The notes: generated by a model not told the origin, from the sequence alone. A DNA stretch of 64,000 bases from Chrysomallon squamiferum (GCA_012295275.1 CM022665.1:496001-560000), one strand, 5' to 3'; positions 43,630-58,018 are shown, counted from the stretch's first letter. Translations and numbers: made by a program.

Positions 43630-44630
43630 AATAAATCAGTATAAAGACGCTGTAAGAGTTACTTTAACAGATTTAAATCAGTATGGTGACTTTTGTTTAA
43701 ATTTGAATAAAATATAACAATTTATGTTCAAAAATTGAAATCAATATTAACAGAACTATAATGATTTATTTTAACAAACCGAAATCAGTATAAACACAAC
43801 TATAATGGTTATTATTATTAATAATTTTGTTTTAAAGTTAAATAAATATAAACATGACTTTTAATAAATTTAAATCAGTATGAATACATCAATAATGATT
43901 TTTGTTTTAAATTTAAATCAGTATGAACATAATGAATTATATTAACAAATTTAAATCACTCTAATGATTTTGTTTTATTTTTAAATCAGTGTTAACACAA
44001 CGTTAACGACCTATTTTAACACCGCCATAACAAGATTATTTAACTAATTTAAATAATGTAAACACGACTATAATAATTAATTATGAGAAATTTAAATCGC
44101 TGTAAACGGAACTGCAATTATTTTTGTTTAAATATAAATCAGTGTAAACACCACTATATTGGGGGGTTTTTGTTTGTTTTTTTAAATGTGAAACAATAAA
44201 AACACGACTATAACAATTTTTGTTTTAAATTAAAACAGTATGAGCATGAGTATAATGCTGACAAATTTTAATCAGTAAAGACAACTTTAGTGGTTATTTT
44301 AAAAATGTTAAATCATTATTAATATGACTATAATAAGTTACTTTAAAAAATTATATCAATGTGAAAAACAATTATAATGATTTTTGTTTTATATATAAGA
44401 CAGTGTACACAAGACTGTATTGATTTATTTGGTTTAAACAGGACAATAATAAGTTATTTTAACAAATTTAATTCAGTTTAAAGACGATTATAATGATTTA
44501 TTTTTAAATTTCAAACAGTGCAAGCTACGACTATAAGGAGTTATTTTAACAAATTTAATTTAACTGAAACATAATTGTAATGACTTGTTTTAAATCTGAA
44601 TCAGCAAAACACGACTGTAATGAATTATTT
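43630..44630. repeat. Degenerate AT-rich ~40-45-bp tandem satellite
   Basis: Recurrent TTTAAATCAGT(A/G)TAAACACGACTATAATGATT...TTTTAACAAA motifs, e.g. at 43672, 43783, 43869, 43912, 44136, 44201 and 44610. Confidence 0.7.
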
Positions 44631-45507
44631 GTCTCCACTTTTTTATTTTTTTCACGAATAGAGAATTACTCGGATAGTTCCAGAGGAACACACTGACTTT
44701 ATGTAAAATACCCAGCTACTTGTATTTATATATACAAGTATGCATTAGGTATGTATGTCTGGATGGGTGTACTGTTTGCAAAAATGTACAAATATCTATA
44801 CACATGTTTATGTAAATTTATACTTATTGCAGAATTTAACTGTTAAAATGTATCAGAATAAAATTACATGTAATAAACCTGATCATTTATTCGATCAGTG
44901 TTATACAATCCTTTTACAAACAAGACGATAATTGTTATCATTTTGAATTTCGAGCAATCCACTACAGCGCTCATCTTTGTCACTGTTTCATTTCTTTCAT
45001 TATTACTTCATGTTTGACTTTCTAAAAGAAACGCAATTTGTTCCATTGGAGGAAAACCATGAGATATTCCCCCGAGTAAACAGAAGGCATTTGTTCACGA
45101 TTTACTAGATGTGTCGCGAATAGGGTCTTAATTCACTTGGTGTATTCTCTTATCTGCTAATTGCTCCTAGAAGTGTGATGCAATCACTGATGTCAATAGA
45201 CACACACTGATAATGTGAATTCTCGACAAATTAAAGTTGACACTAAACGCGATGTAGCCACGCGCGCACCAGTGGCCGGAGATAAACAGCCCGAGGCGAG
45301 TAGAGTTGACTGTCAAAGAAAAAACCTTTCATCTCCGCCGCGCAACAATCCACACGTGTGCACGAGAAGAGAGAAATAACACTGGAGCTATCACTGAGAA
45401 ATGCAAGTCTTGTTCATTTGTTTCACTGCTGAACGTGAAGCCGTACGTTTAATTAAAAATATAATAATACTGAATTTGTTATTTTATATATATATATATA
45501 TTATCTT

Positions 45508-45547
<40 letters not shown>

Positions 45548-45845
45548 TATCTAAATAGGTTAGATTATATATTATAAATAATATTTATGACTGTTGTATT
45601 TTGAAATTACGGATAATATGTTCCGCCTTATAAAATAACAGATAAAATATTATCTTCAATTACATTAGATTTATTGCTCATTTACTACGCATTCTTGTAA
45701 CAGAGTTTTTACTTTATATCGCTCGAAATATTTATTTTCAAAATAGAATAATTTGTGTTAAGATAAAGGTGAAGTTGTTCAAATACTTATTATTAATTTA
45801 TTTATTTAGTAGTAAACTATTCAGTGTATGTAAAGAGACCGAAAC

Positions 45846-45935
<90 letters not shown>

Positions 45936-46438
45936 TCATCAGTATTAATAAAACTAATTAGATGAAAATACACTTTTAGTGTTTCCTCGCCAGTGTTAAC
46001 AGTGTTTGTGGTGGATTTTACAAAACACCAATAAACTCATCAAATGTTTCCACTCGGCTGGACCTCCTGCGATCCTAAAAGTGAAGAACTGAGTCCTCAT
46101 TCAAACACGACCACCTTTTTTTCTACTTCATCCCGTTTTCTAGAGAAAAGGCACGAAGCCCACCCGGGGAAGTGAAATGAGAAATCTGAATGCAGTGTGT
46201 AAAAGAAGGTGTACAAAACCCCTTAATCCACTATTTTCTTTGAAATGAAGTTTTCACAAGAGATCTATTGGAAATAATAAATTTTAAAATTATTTTATCA
46301 TTATTATTATTTTTGTTTGTTTTGTTTTTCTCATTTTGTATTTCGTTTTCCATCTTTAACTATTTTGATCATATTTATTCCAATTCAGAATTATTATTAT
46401 TATTATTATTATTGTTATTATTATTATTATTATTATTA

Positions 46439-46481
<43 letters not shown>

Positions 46482-47399
46482 TACTCCTACAATTATCATT
46501 ATTATTATTACTTACTTTATTAGTTTGTTTATTTTTTCACTTTAAAAACTTGTTAATAAAGTATTTGAAGACTACATATGCATTTTAAAAAGACAAAATT
46601 AAATTTGAATGTATGTGTGTGTGTGTGTGTGTGTGTGAAAAGAAACAGACTATTTCAGTAAAAATGGTTATAAATCTAATAATGATTATGATAGTAGTAG
46701 CAGTAGTCGTAGTAGTAACAGCAGTAATAACTACTACAACTAATGATAATAATTATAACAATAACAATAACCACAATAGATAATAACAAATATTAATAAT
46801 AATAAAGAAAGAAAGAAAGAAATAATCTAATATTCTGAAAAAAAAAAAAAAAAAGGAACAACAACAACACACACAAACAAACACACACACACAAAAAAAA
46901 AAAAAAAAAATAGGATAGGTAAATTTAATATGCCTTGAAATTATCATTTTAAATATAATTAATTTCACGTCTTCAGAAAATTATTTTAAATTAATCTCAC
47001 CTTGACCGCATCTTTGCAAACATTTCCCCACCAGTTTCGAACCTGAATTTCCATAGCAAAATATTTAGAATAGATGTGTTATTTCATACTAGGACATATT
47101 TCTGTTAACCGCAAGCAACATTTGGTTCGCGCTTGGAAAGATTTCTGCCCCTTAGACTACATTTAGCCATTTTCACATGTCTATATTTTCACGAGACTTA
47201 TAAATTCAAAGTTAATTTATTTTAGTACAAAACAAGTTGCCATTGTACACTAACGAAGAAGACGCTTCAAAATGCTAATATTTATTTTTTGCTGTACGGT
47301 AAAGATTAGTCATTTAGCTGTTCACTATAATATTTGTTTCGGCAGACAGAGTTGCACGCTTTGTGGTGCTACTCGACAAATATAATTAATCATCCATAT

Positions 47400-47879
47400 A
47401 AAGTGACAACGCCCCTTCTTCTATGCCCACCGCCCAGCGGTCCTTTTAACAACGCCCCTCAAGCGGATCGGTTCACCGCTTTTATCAAACTGGAAACCTG
47501 GGCAGCCCAACTTTCACTGTCAAATGTGCACTTCTCTGTGTTTGTAGATCTACTTCAACAAACAAAGATGGCTGTTTGCTCTTGAATAAATTAATTGAAT
47601 CACCGGTATGTCCAGCACCAGAGCGTAGCAGGCACAGTCATGCCTCTTTCATTAGTTATCATCCAATGGGATTACGTGCTGGCTTTGACACCGTAATTTA
47701 ATCCGCCATAATGGCTTGTCAATCAGCCGAGCGGCCCGGCCAATGAGATCGCGAGGCATCCGTCATCACAAATGATGATGTCTGGTGGTAAACCCAAGTC
47801 GTGCACAATACATGAATAAACCCACAGGGTGTCAGCAGGATTTTGCCAGTGTGATCAACCCTATGTTCTTCGAGAAAGC
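47400..47879 (+). promoter_or_regulatory. Putative Pou3 proximal promoter / 5' UTR
   Basis: CpG/GC-enriched relative to its flanks and immediately 5' of the ATG. Contains GC-box-like GCCCACCGCCC (~47424-47434), CCAAT boxes at 47663-47667 and 47740-47744 (GGCCAATGAG), YY1/Pho-like AAGATGGC (~47565) and CGCCAT (~47704). An AT-rich TATA-like ATGAATAAA at 47812-47820 lies ~30 nt before an Inr-like CCAGT (47846-47850). TSS not verified. Confidence 0.6.
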
Positions 47880-49169
47880 ATGGCTGCCAGTAGTACGGGT
47901 CTTTACCTAGCTACAAGTGTTCCATCGTCTCTTAATCTGAACCACATAGTGGGCAATCACGGAATGAGAGACATGAGGGATATGCGAGAAATGCAAGTTC
48001 AGGCGCCTGTCTCACAGCCTACCCAGTATTCACCCAGAGAGATGGATATGAAATACATGCCGCCTCAGCACCAGAATGGACATCTGGGTCATCTTCATAA
48101 CCACTGGAATGGAATGGATCAAGGTCACTGGACTACAATGGGTGGGATGCATACCCAAGACATAAAACCAGCGCAAGTGAACGGTATTCTGGACGGGCAC
48201 TCAGGTACACTACATCACCGCCCGCCCCAGCAAATGCACACTCAACCCTCGTGGCACAGCCCTGTTTCGACATCGCCTCACCTACAGCTGTCGAATGGAA
48301 CAGGGCAACTTCAGCACCCGTCGTACATGAATATGCACAATGGAATGATGGCCTCACCCCACCAGATGCACCTGAGTGACCTCGGCGATCCAGACCGCGA
48401 CTTGGAAAACCACGACCACCACCAGTCGGACGAGGACACCCCGACCTCGGACGATCTAGAACAGTTTGCAAAACAATTCAAACAGAGGCGAATTAAGCTT
48501 GGCTTTACTCAGGCCGACGTGGGACTTGCCTTGGGAACTCTTTATGGTAATGTTTTTAGTCAAACCACAATTTGCAGGTTCGAGGCATTGCAGCTGAGTT
48601 TCAAAAACATGTGCAAACTGAAGCCACTGTTACAAAAATGGTTGGAGGAAGCCGATTCCACTACGGGATCTCCAACAAGTATTGACAAAATTGCTGCACA
48701 AGGACGAAAACGAAAAAAGCGAACGAGTATCGAAATTACAGTGAAAGGGGCGCTAGAAAGTCATTTTCTCAAACAACCCAAACCCGCAGCTCAAGAAATA
48801 ACAGGCCTTGCGGATTCGTTGCAGTTGGAAAAAGAAGTGGTTAGGGTGTGGTTCTGCAACCGAAGGCAGAAAGAAAAAAGGATGACACCGCCAGGACCAG
48901 TCGGTCCAAACGGAGAACTTTTGATGAATTCTGGTGACGAGAATTCGGTGCTGAGAGAAAGTCCTCTTCATTCTCATAACGTGACTTCAAGCCCAGGTCC
49001 TCAGAACCATAATGGTGGTGGATCACCTATCTTATCCAGTATGTCACCCCATGGACTGTCTCATGCACAGGGACAACAACTTGCTCAGTCTCATTACCCG
49101 CACCTCCACCGCATAGATCACTCCCCATCACAGACTAATATGCTAAACCATTCGCCACCTCTCCACTGA
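47880..49169 (+). CDS. Pou3: POU domain class III transcription factor (Pou3 / ventral veins lacking / Brn-1/Brn-2 orthologue), single coding exon, 429 aa
   Basis: Uninterrupted ORF with a POU-specific domain ([76 protein letters not shown], from 48429). It has the class III-diagnostic linker [16 protein letters not shown] and a POU homeodomain ([10 protein letters not shown]...[14 protein letters not shown], 48705-48884). The first in-frame ATG is at 47880 in strong Kozak context (AGCATGG); the ORF-track start at 47829 is a GTG. N-terminal MAA..., SPR..MKYM and QDIKP motifs are typical of POU3 proteins. Confidence 0.97.
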   Translation: MAASSTGLYLATSVPSSLNLNHIVGNHGMRDMRDMREMQVQAPVSQPTQYSPREMDMKYMPPQHQNGHLGHLHNHWNGMDQGHWTTMGGMHTQDIKPAQVNGILDGHSGTLHHRPPQQMHTQPSWHSPVSTSPHLQLSNGTGQLQHPSYMNMHNGMMASPHQMHLSDLGDPDRDLENHDHHQSDEDTPTSDDLEQFAKQFKQRRIKLGFTQADVGLALGTLYGNVFSQTTICRFEALQLSFKNMCKLKPLLQKWLEEADSTTGSPTSIDKIAAQGRKRKKRTSIEITVKGALESHFLKQPKPAAQEITGLADSLQLEKEVVRVWFCNRRQKEKRMTPPGPVGPNGELLMNSGDENSVLRESPLHSHNVTSSPGPQNHNGGGSPILSSMSPHGLSHAQGQQLAQSHYPHLHRIDHSPSQTNMLNHSPPLH

Positions 49170-50330
49170 CTATCAACAGAGAGTGAAATGGACTTCGGAG
49201 TTAAACGCCTCAGTTTTTTTCACACCCAAAATAATATAAAAAATGAAAAAACTGATTTCAGCATTTCGTTTTGAAAACGAACACTGAACACAGGACTAAC
49301 AGTAAATAAATCAAACAAGTGACCAAGACTTAGCGTCTTGAGAAAGACACCTTTGCACGGTAATCACATACTGTTGTTGTTTTTCTGTGTCTGTGGTGAT
49401 ATTTTTCATTTCATTCGTGAGAGGACATTTCTTGGAGAAAATATTCAAATAAAATAAATAATGATAGGTTTGGAACAGAGGTGAGTAGTGAATATACCTT
49501 TTTCGAACAGAATATCGTTTTAAAGATGTTTTTCATTCCCGGATGTCGCAGAAATACGTCGACAAATTAGACAGAAGCTCGGGACACGAACACGTTGTAC
49601 AGCTTATTTAAAACAAGAAAGGTACCTTATTTTATTTTGGACTCTTTGAGTCCCTGTATATATTGCTGAATTTGAGGAAGTTAAGTAGTTTTTAGATCTA
49701 TTTAATCATTTTAATCTCGTCCTTGTTCGCCGAGGTTCACAATAACCATTCTGCGTCTGTTATTTACTTTTTTTGTAAATAACAGATTTTTAGATTTACT
49801 GATCTGAAAGAAGTGATGGTAAAAGTATTTATTATTATTTGTCTGTAATTTAAAATGTGGGATATTTCTCCATTTATAGTCAGTAATCAATGTAAATTTA
49901 TGTACATTAACAAAAACTAATTTTATTATCTGTAGATCAGTTTGATTGTTTTCCTTTTTTACTTAATATAAAAAAGCGAATTTTATTTTTACTAAAATAT
50001 TCGCTCGGCTCTAGGATGATGATTATTTTAAACTTCATGAAATGTTCATAATTTATTACTGTTCATTTTATAATAATAGTCTCAGTTTTACAGAGATTCC
50101 ATAAATTAAAATAACAACAGTAAAGAAATGAATTTTCGCAAATCTAACATTATATCGAAAATGAAAAAAAAAAAAGAAAACATCTTTTCTTGTCAGTTTT
50201 TTCTTTCTTTCTATCTTCTTTTATTATTCAACGGTTGGTTAATGCTTTTCACTTGCAACAATGAATAATCATTGGTTTGTCTGCTATTTAACCATTGAAA
50301 TAAATCGATTTGTAATGAGTGAAACTTGTC
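49170..50330 (+). other. Putative Pou3 3' UTR with candidate poly(A) signals
   Basis: Non-repetitive AU-rich sequence after the stop. Tandem AATAAA at 49448-49458, and AATAAA at 50299-50304 followed by a T/GT-rich tract (~50325-50350). Pumilio-type TGTANATA at 49655-49662 and 49774-49781. Confidence 0.45.
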
Positions 50331-51007
50331 TTTTTCATGTCACTTTTTCTTCAGCCTTTGAAATTTACATCATGTTTGTAATTTTATTGTCACCGATCCT
50401 ATACCTGCCACACAGATGAAAGTTTTTCACTCTGACTAAACATCAGTGGCTATTTTTCTTGAAAGAAACATGTAACCAGACAAATGCATGTACAAACTTT
50501 CATTTCAGAAATGTTATTAGAAATCTTAATGTTGTTTAATATATTTATAATTTTTGAAAATACAAACAGTTTGATTCTTATTAAATACCTGGTTGTTTTA
50601 AAGATAAGTGTTAACTGGATAAAAAAGAAATTAAAAAAAAAAAAGAAGGAAAAAAAAATTGAAAAAAGAAGAAAAAAAAGAGGAAAAAAATAAAGACAAA
50701 AAACAAACAAAAACACAAAAAAAACAAACAAAAACAATTAACTTTTTTTTTTTTTTTATTTTGAGAAATATAAAACTTTAACTTAACAAAATGTACATAT
50801 GCTTGGAAGTTTTTATATGTGTATATGGCTGTTTGTGTATGTGTATAAATACATACATACAAACATACATACATACATACAAACATACATACATACATAC
50901 ATACATATATACATATACATATACATATATATACATACATATACATACATACTTATATACATACTTATATACATACATATATACATACACATATATATAT
51001 GTCTATG

Positions 51008-51038
<31 letters not shown>

Positions 51039-51493
51039 ATATATGTATGTATGTAATATGTATACATAGACACATACATACATTTAATATATGTATGTGC
51101 GTGTTTTAGTATTTATTATAGCTATATTTGTCTTTTCTAAATCATAAAATAATAAATAAATATTCAGTTAGATAATGTAATAATTCTTGTTATTATTATA
51201 ATTATTATTATTATTCTTATTATTATTATTATTATTATTATTATATTTACTATTATTATTATGATTATTTTCAGTTTTGTTATTATTGTTGTTGCTGGTG
51301 TTATTTCTTCTCAGTAGCGCTGTTACTCTGAAGACGTTTGTGATGTCACACTAAAATATAGCTGTGGAAATAATAATCCTGTTTTCAGGTTTAATTTTAT
51401 AAAGATCATCAGTTTCAAAAAGCTCGCATTTGTTATACTTTTAAAATCAGTGTTACATTTCAAAATAATTATTAACTTTTATTATTATTGTTA

Positions 51494-51579
<86 letters not shown>

Positions 51580-52250
51580 GTAATTTAAGGTTACGTGTAA
51601 AGATTATTTCATTTGCTTTTTACGCTCAAAAATAAATTCCATTTGAATTATTGCTGGTATAGCTAGCATAGGCTGATTCTGAATAATAATTAAAAAAAAA
51701 AAACATTAGACAGTTGTATCGTAATAACAATAATAATAAAATAACAAAACTTTACAAAAACAAACTAAATATAAGTAAAACACTAGTTAACATCCAATGA
51801 AGCATAACGCGTTTTCATATGTAGCCGGATTGTTGTTGTTTTATTTTGTTCAATTTTTTTTTCTTGTGTTTATTTTCGTCTGCTATCGTCGCTGATTCGA
51901 CTTCGAAATTTCTTGGGGCAATGTATGACGTTATTTTTTTCATGAGTACAAAAAGCTTTGGATTTGTTTTTCATCATCTGTTTTCTAAGTTACAGATCAT
52001 AATTCTGATACAGGATCTCCACAGTTTGTTGGTGACCAAGTCTTTAGGCTGATTCACGTACCTGACAAACCAAAGTAAAAAAGAAAAAAGCCTGCAGAAA
52101 TGTTAATGGAATATCTGACAGGTTGTGATGGATTTCGAGCACCTGTCTTTGATTAAGATGATAGGCAAACGTCGTTTCACCTGTGATAAGTACTTTGACA
52201 TGTTTATTGTTTCAGTGGCCTAGAGCTCTTTTATTTATTTTATTTTTTTA

Positions 52251-52305
<55 letters not shown>

Positions 52306-52377
52306 TAATTATAATAATAATAATAAATAATAATAATAATAATAAAAATAATAACAACAACAACAATACCAATACTA

Positions 52378-52414
<37 letters not shown>

Positions 52415-53729
52415 TTTTTTTTTTTTTTTTTTTTTTATATAATAAATGATAATATGTTTTCAAATTAAAAACTTTCGCTCTGTATTTACATTACAGCAAA
52501 TCACTATATTTTGAATTTCATCAACTAGTTAAAACAAAATTCGCTTACTGTAGACTTAAAAGAACATATAATTATCCAGAATGTTAACAATTCGAGCTAT
52601 GTTAAAAAGAAACAAAATTACAGAATGTGTGGGGTTTTGTATTACAGGTCTTGGTGTTTTGATATTACTGTGACGCGTTCACAGAGGTTATTGGATAAAA
52701 AGTCAAACAAAACATCAAATGTTGGAATGGTGTTCAAGCAAACAGATAAAATCATTAAGTAACTACAAAGTCAAATAAACAAATAAATAAAATATGATAA
52801 CATTAAATGAAAAGATGACTGATAGAGTAATTAAAAATTGCGGTGTGTAATTTTTTTTTTTTTTTTTTTTTTAAGGTGGCTGAAACAAGCAAACTGAAGA
52901 GATATAGCGGAATGTGTATATATGTATATTTTTGTTCGCTTTATTTACATATTATTATAGTATATAAATAAACCTTTAGAACAGTCAGGTATTTACAGGT
53001 GTGTATTTTTATCAATATATATACATTTATTTTAGAATTACAGTTAAACACACTGGTTTCATTTTTTTTCATTACCATAAATAAATTTTAAAAATCGTTC
53101 ACTACAGATATTATATCTTGTTCTGAATTTGAAAATTATCACTCCTTTTTTTTTCTTTCTTTCTGTAAAATAATAGCAAAATGATGATCATAATTAACAA
53201 AGGAAAATTTGCCTCGAAGCATCAAGGCGTAAATCCAGTGTTTTATCTCTAAACTACTTTTCATTAGGGCTCTCAAGACAAAGAGAAACAAGAAAAGTTT
53301 TATGTCGAAGGTAAAAAGATGAAACTGCTCCAGTAGACTTGATCAGTGGCAGTGTCGCGGAGAAGGGACATTTATTATCTCTCGTTTCCGTGTTCTGGAT
53401 TAATGAGAAATAAAAAGTCGTTTCAGTTTGTGCCGCTTTGACAACATCTAAAAAAAAAGATGTCCTCGCAGTTCACACTCCTTGTTTAGTTGTCACTGAC
53501 GTCCCCACGTTAAACAACAACAAAAACTTAAATAGTAACCGTGATAATAACGTTCATGCAAACACAGTTTCAAAAATTTAATTTTTTTTTAAAATAAGTT
53601 GGTAAGAAAAATTACATAAAGATTTACATTTTAAGCTTAAAATTGCAAACTATTAAGATGTGTATTATGTTATACTCAAGAAACGGATTATAAAACTAAG
53701 AAATAATATTCAACAACAACAACAACGAC

Positions 53730-53774
<45 letters not shown>

Positions 53775-54160
53775 TGCTGTACGTTAGAATAAAAACATTG
53801 TTATATATGTGTGTTTAAGCAGTAAGATAATTGCAAAACCCATAAAATAAAAATAAAACAATGAAAAACAAAACAAAGAAAAGTAACCTAAGAAAAACAG
53901 CTAGTATTATTTCTTGTTTAGATATGTTACTGACCATTTATTTATTTACATACTCGTTTATTTATAACTGGTTAGTTATGTAAATGAACAATGAAAAAGG
54001 AAAATGGAACTTTCTTTTTTAGAAATAATATTAAAAAATATTTCTTTTCAGACAAATGTATATTTTAGTATGCTCATCAAAAACATTCACAAAATATCAT
54101 TTAGAATATAGTTAGATAACTACTAACAGAAAAGTCAAATTGTACAATTTATTAAATATG

Positions 54161-54214
<54 letters not shown>

Positions 54215-54658
54215 TATGTATCCGAAATGCACTTCATTCATTTATTATTTTAAATTTAATAAAATAGCATAAAATAACTGATTAGAATTTCCGAAATAAC
54301 TATTATCAGGTTATTATGGAATTTTATTATATTCTTCTCTTTTGTTTTGTATGTGAGTGTATGTGCGTAAGTATGCGTGTGTGTAAGAAAATGTAATAAT
54401 TAATTTATTTAGTTGTCATTGATAATATATGTACATGTTTTTGCTACACTCTGTTTAAATCTTCCAACTAACAATTTGTACTCTTTACAGAAGCTATACT
54501 AATTTGTTTGACCTCCTCTTGTTTAGAATAATTGAACAATACAATGTAGATAAATAATTACATTTTAAAATGATAGACTATAAATAATAAATTATGTTCA
54601 CAGTTAGTGAATGTATATGTATAATGTTACACAATATTTGTGAAAACACTGTACACAG

Positions 54659-54702
54659 TATGTACAGTGTTACTGAAAATTATGTACAGTGTTACTGAAA
54701 AT
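54659..54702. repeat. 22-bp exact tandem duplication
   Basis: TATGTACAGTGTTACTGAAAAT x2. Confidence 0.85.
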
Positions 54703-56136
54703 ACAATGTTCTGCTTTATGTGTTATTGTATATAATAACTACAGTCAGTGAAGACAATATTTAGTACAATATATTTACTTTATTGTATACGGAGTGTAAC
54801 TAAATTGAAAGTTAGGTAAAAAGTAGGTCAGGTATTGCGGTCGACACGCTAGCAACACAAAACAGCAAAATGAAGTAACTCGAATGTTTACCATTTGTCT
54901 TCATACTAATCATTTCTTTTAATGAATCATTATTAGTGTAGGAAACAGAAGACAAAAGATGCTGTTTTTTACTTAAGTTTAGTTTAGTTTGCGAAGGAAA
55001 TAAATTTACTTTTATCGGACGATCGGAATGATGAAAGAAAAAAATCAATAAGTTTAGAAAGACGCACACTGAAATCTGCGAGAAAAGAATAACAAACACA
55101 AAACAAATCAATGTTTGTGTAACACAGCTTCTCTTTCTGAGATTGTTTTTAATCTCTGATTTATTTCACATCTGCAGAAAGTATTGGAATAAGCGAAAAC
55201 AAAATCTAACTATCTATCTATCTCTCTATCTTCGTATAAAGTATGTTACTATTATACGTGTATTGTTTTAGAACTGATAACTTCTCAAGCGTTACGCATT
55301 CTTAGTGTTGTCCCGTACAATTTATAATTTATCATTTTGATATTAAAAACTATGATTATCTCAAACTGTTTACATATATCATTTTCACTGTTCACAAATA
55401 ATTATAATAAGATTCACCACGAGGTATATATTGTCTATGTTAATAAAATCAGTGTGTTCATCTACTGTTGACGAATGTTTTTATTTCAAACCGTTTTATT
55501 ATTGGTGGAAAAAATTATATGCTAATCGCATTTGTTTCTAACCTTTTCATTGCTGATGACACTGAACTGTGAGTTACTGCAACTACTGCAGACTTGCGCA
55601 AACTCTTGAATCCTTGAATTAACTACTCACTGATATTGTTCATTTGCCAGGCACAGAATCGTTTTTCAAATCATTTCTTAAGACTGAAATAAAAGAAGAA
55701 GAAGTAAATATAAACGGCCCGAGTTTCTATAACGCATCTATTTTTGACGCTTTGCTAGCGCAGTTTTGCATTCAGCACAATAACACGCCATTCGATTCCT
55801 ATCGGAGTGAAAATTAGAGAAAAATGAAAAAGGTGTCAAAATGACTAAGTAATGTTTCGTCGGACGCGCAGTCATGCGTGACAATCACACCAACAACAAC
55901 ACTGGGATCTGTGTGGTTTCTTGTTCACAGGAGTGTGACATAAGGCGGCAAATCAAACAATTTCGGTCACAGTTATTTATCGCGCCTTCAAACGAATGAT
56001 TTGATAATTAAATAGGCCTAGCAGCTAATAATTAGATTTGACATTCAGTTCGGGATTTCCATAGCATGAAGCGTTTTGTGTTAACGTAATCACATTCTTG
56101 AGAATTGGTTTTAAAATGTTTATTTTCATGCCTTTT

Positions 56137-56168
<32 letters not shown>

Positions 56169-57023
56169 ATAAATAATAATAATAATAGAGTTAAAGCATA
56201 ATTTTTATAATTAAATTTGTATACAATTAATAAGTTTTTGTTTCATTAATTTGATGTATTTAAAGGACTGCACTTTGTAATAAATAACTTTAACGTAAAT
56301 CTTTATGATATCTTACAGTTGTTAGAATCATTTTAACAAAAATTGTTTTTAAGTTACATTTTAACTGAATGTTTATAAAAAAAAAATTAAAAAATTAATT
56401 TTTTTTTACAATTGAATTATAAATTAAATATTATTAAATTCTTTTATTGATTTGTCCAGGATTGTGTTTTCATTTAGCTTAGTAATTTACAATGTATATG
56501 GTAATATTATTAATTCTTTAACGTGATCATTTCAGTATAACCTGTCTATTTATGAATTAAAATAAACCAGTATGTTTCATATTTTGTTCAAGTTTTAATT
56601 TTCATTAATTATATCAATTACATTATTGCTTTAAATTACTTCTGTATATGCAGTTGATATGCTTATTTTGGAAAATAAATATAATTTGTTGTAATTAGCA
56701 CACAGAAAATACGTTATTTTCTCGGTAGTTACTCGTGTGCAGGTGGTAGTGTTTGCTGTATTCTCTCTGCTACAGTTTAAAATTAACCAGTTTAGTACTG
56801 CTCAAGCTTCTAACTTTTATTTAACAATGGTGAAGTATCTTAAATATAGCAGCAACAACAACAACAACAAAAATAAAAACAACAATAACAAAAATAATAA
56901 AATTGTTATAGTTGCTGTTTTTCTTCTTTTTCTTTTTAATATTATTATTTTGTTACTGACATTATTATTATTTTCAATATTGTTGTCGTCGTCGTTGTCG
57001 TTGTATTATTATTGTTATTATTA

Positions 57024-57070
<47 letters not shown>

Positions 57071-57544
57071 TTTTTGTTTTATTTCATTTAAGAATGAAAC
57101 GTTTATAATGAAACAAATATCAAAAGACATTGTTACTTCAATTTAATTTAATTTAATTGAAATGAATTCAATTTAATTTTAATTTAATTTAATTTAATAT
57201 TATCTTAATTTAATTTAATATCAATTTAATTTAATTTAATTTATTAACATTTTATTTATAATCTTCTGTTTTAAGATTTACAATCGAAGTTTTTATGAAT
57301 TTATTTTCTTAATAAAATATATATTAGTTAAAACGGAAAAGTGAAAATAATAGAAAAGATTAATATGCACAAACAATTTGTTTTATATTTTATTAAATTA
57401 AATCGAAGTGACAACGTCTTTTGATATTAATTTCATAATAAAATGGTTATTCTTAAATGAAATAAAACAAAATGAAGCAGCAGCAACAACAACAGCATTA
57501 AAAATAATAATAATGTCAATAACATAATAATAATAATAATAATC

Positions 57545-57585
<41 letters not shown>

Positions 57586-58018
57586 TAACAATAATTATAA
57601 TTATAAATAGTAAATGAATAAAACAATCAAAAATGAAAATAGTTTACAATGTGGAATACATATTAATTTTCTAGACATTATTTCTGTTTCTATTACGGTT
57701 ACCTACTTAAGAATTAATGTCTTTTTTCTCTTATCATAAAATATACTAATGAAAAAGTCATACTGAAGAATGACTTTAAATTTAATTCAAATTTAGATAT
57801 CTGCGAGAATATTTCGTTAAACATCTGGTTGTCACAAGTCATCGGATGAAAGATAAATGTGCAGCTGTACTATTTAATTAATCTTGTCTGAGCTGATACA
57901 GTTTTTATAGGTTACAGTGAATGTTGTTTTTGCTATTTCGTAAATAACTTTTAAATTGTAATAGAATCCGTAGATAACTGACATAATAAGTTTTACTTTA
58001 TTTATTTTTAAAATGTAT

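Noticed and set aside
47829-47879. N-terminal extension of Pou3 from the ORF-track start
   Set aside because: It begins at GTG; the ATG at 47880 has strong Kozak context and gives the typical MAA N-terminus.
48133-49026. Antisense ORFs overlapping Pou3
   Set aside because: Short shadow ORFs of the GC-richer coding strand with no recognisable motifs.
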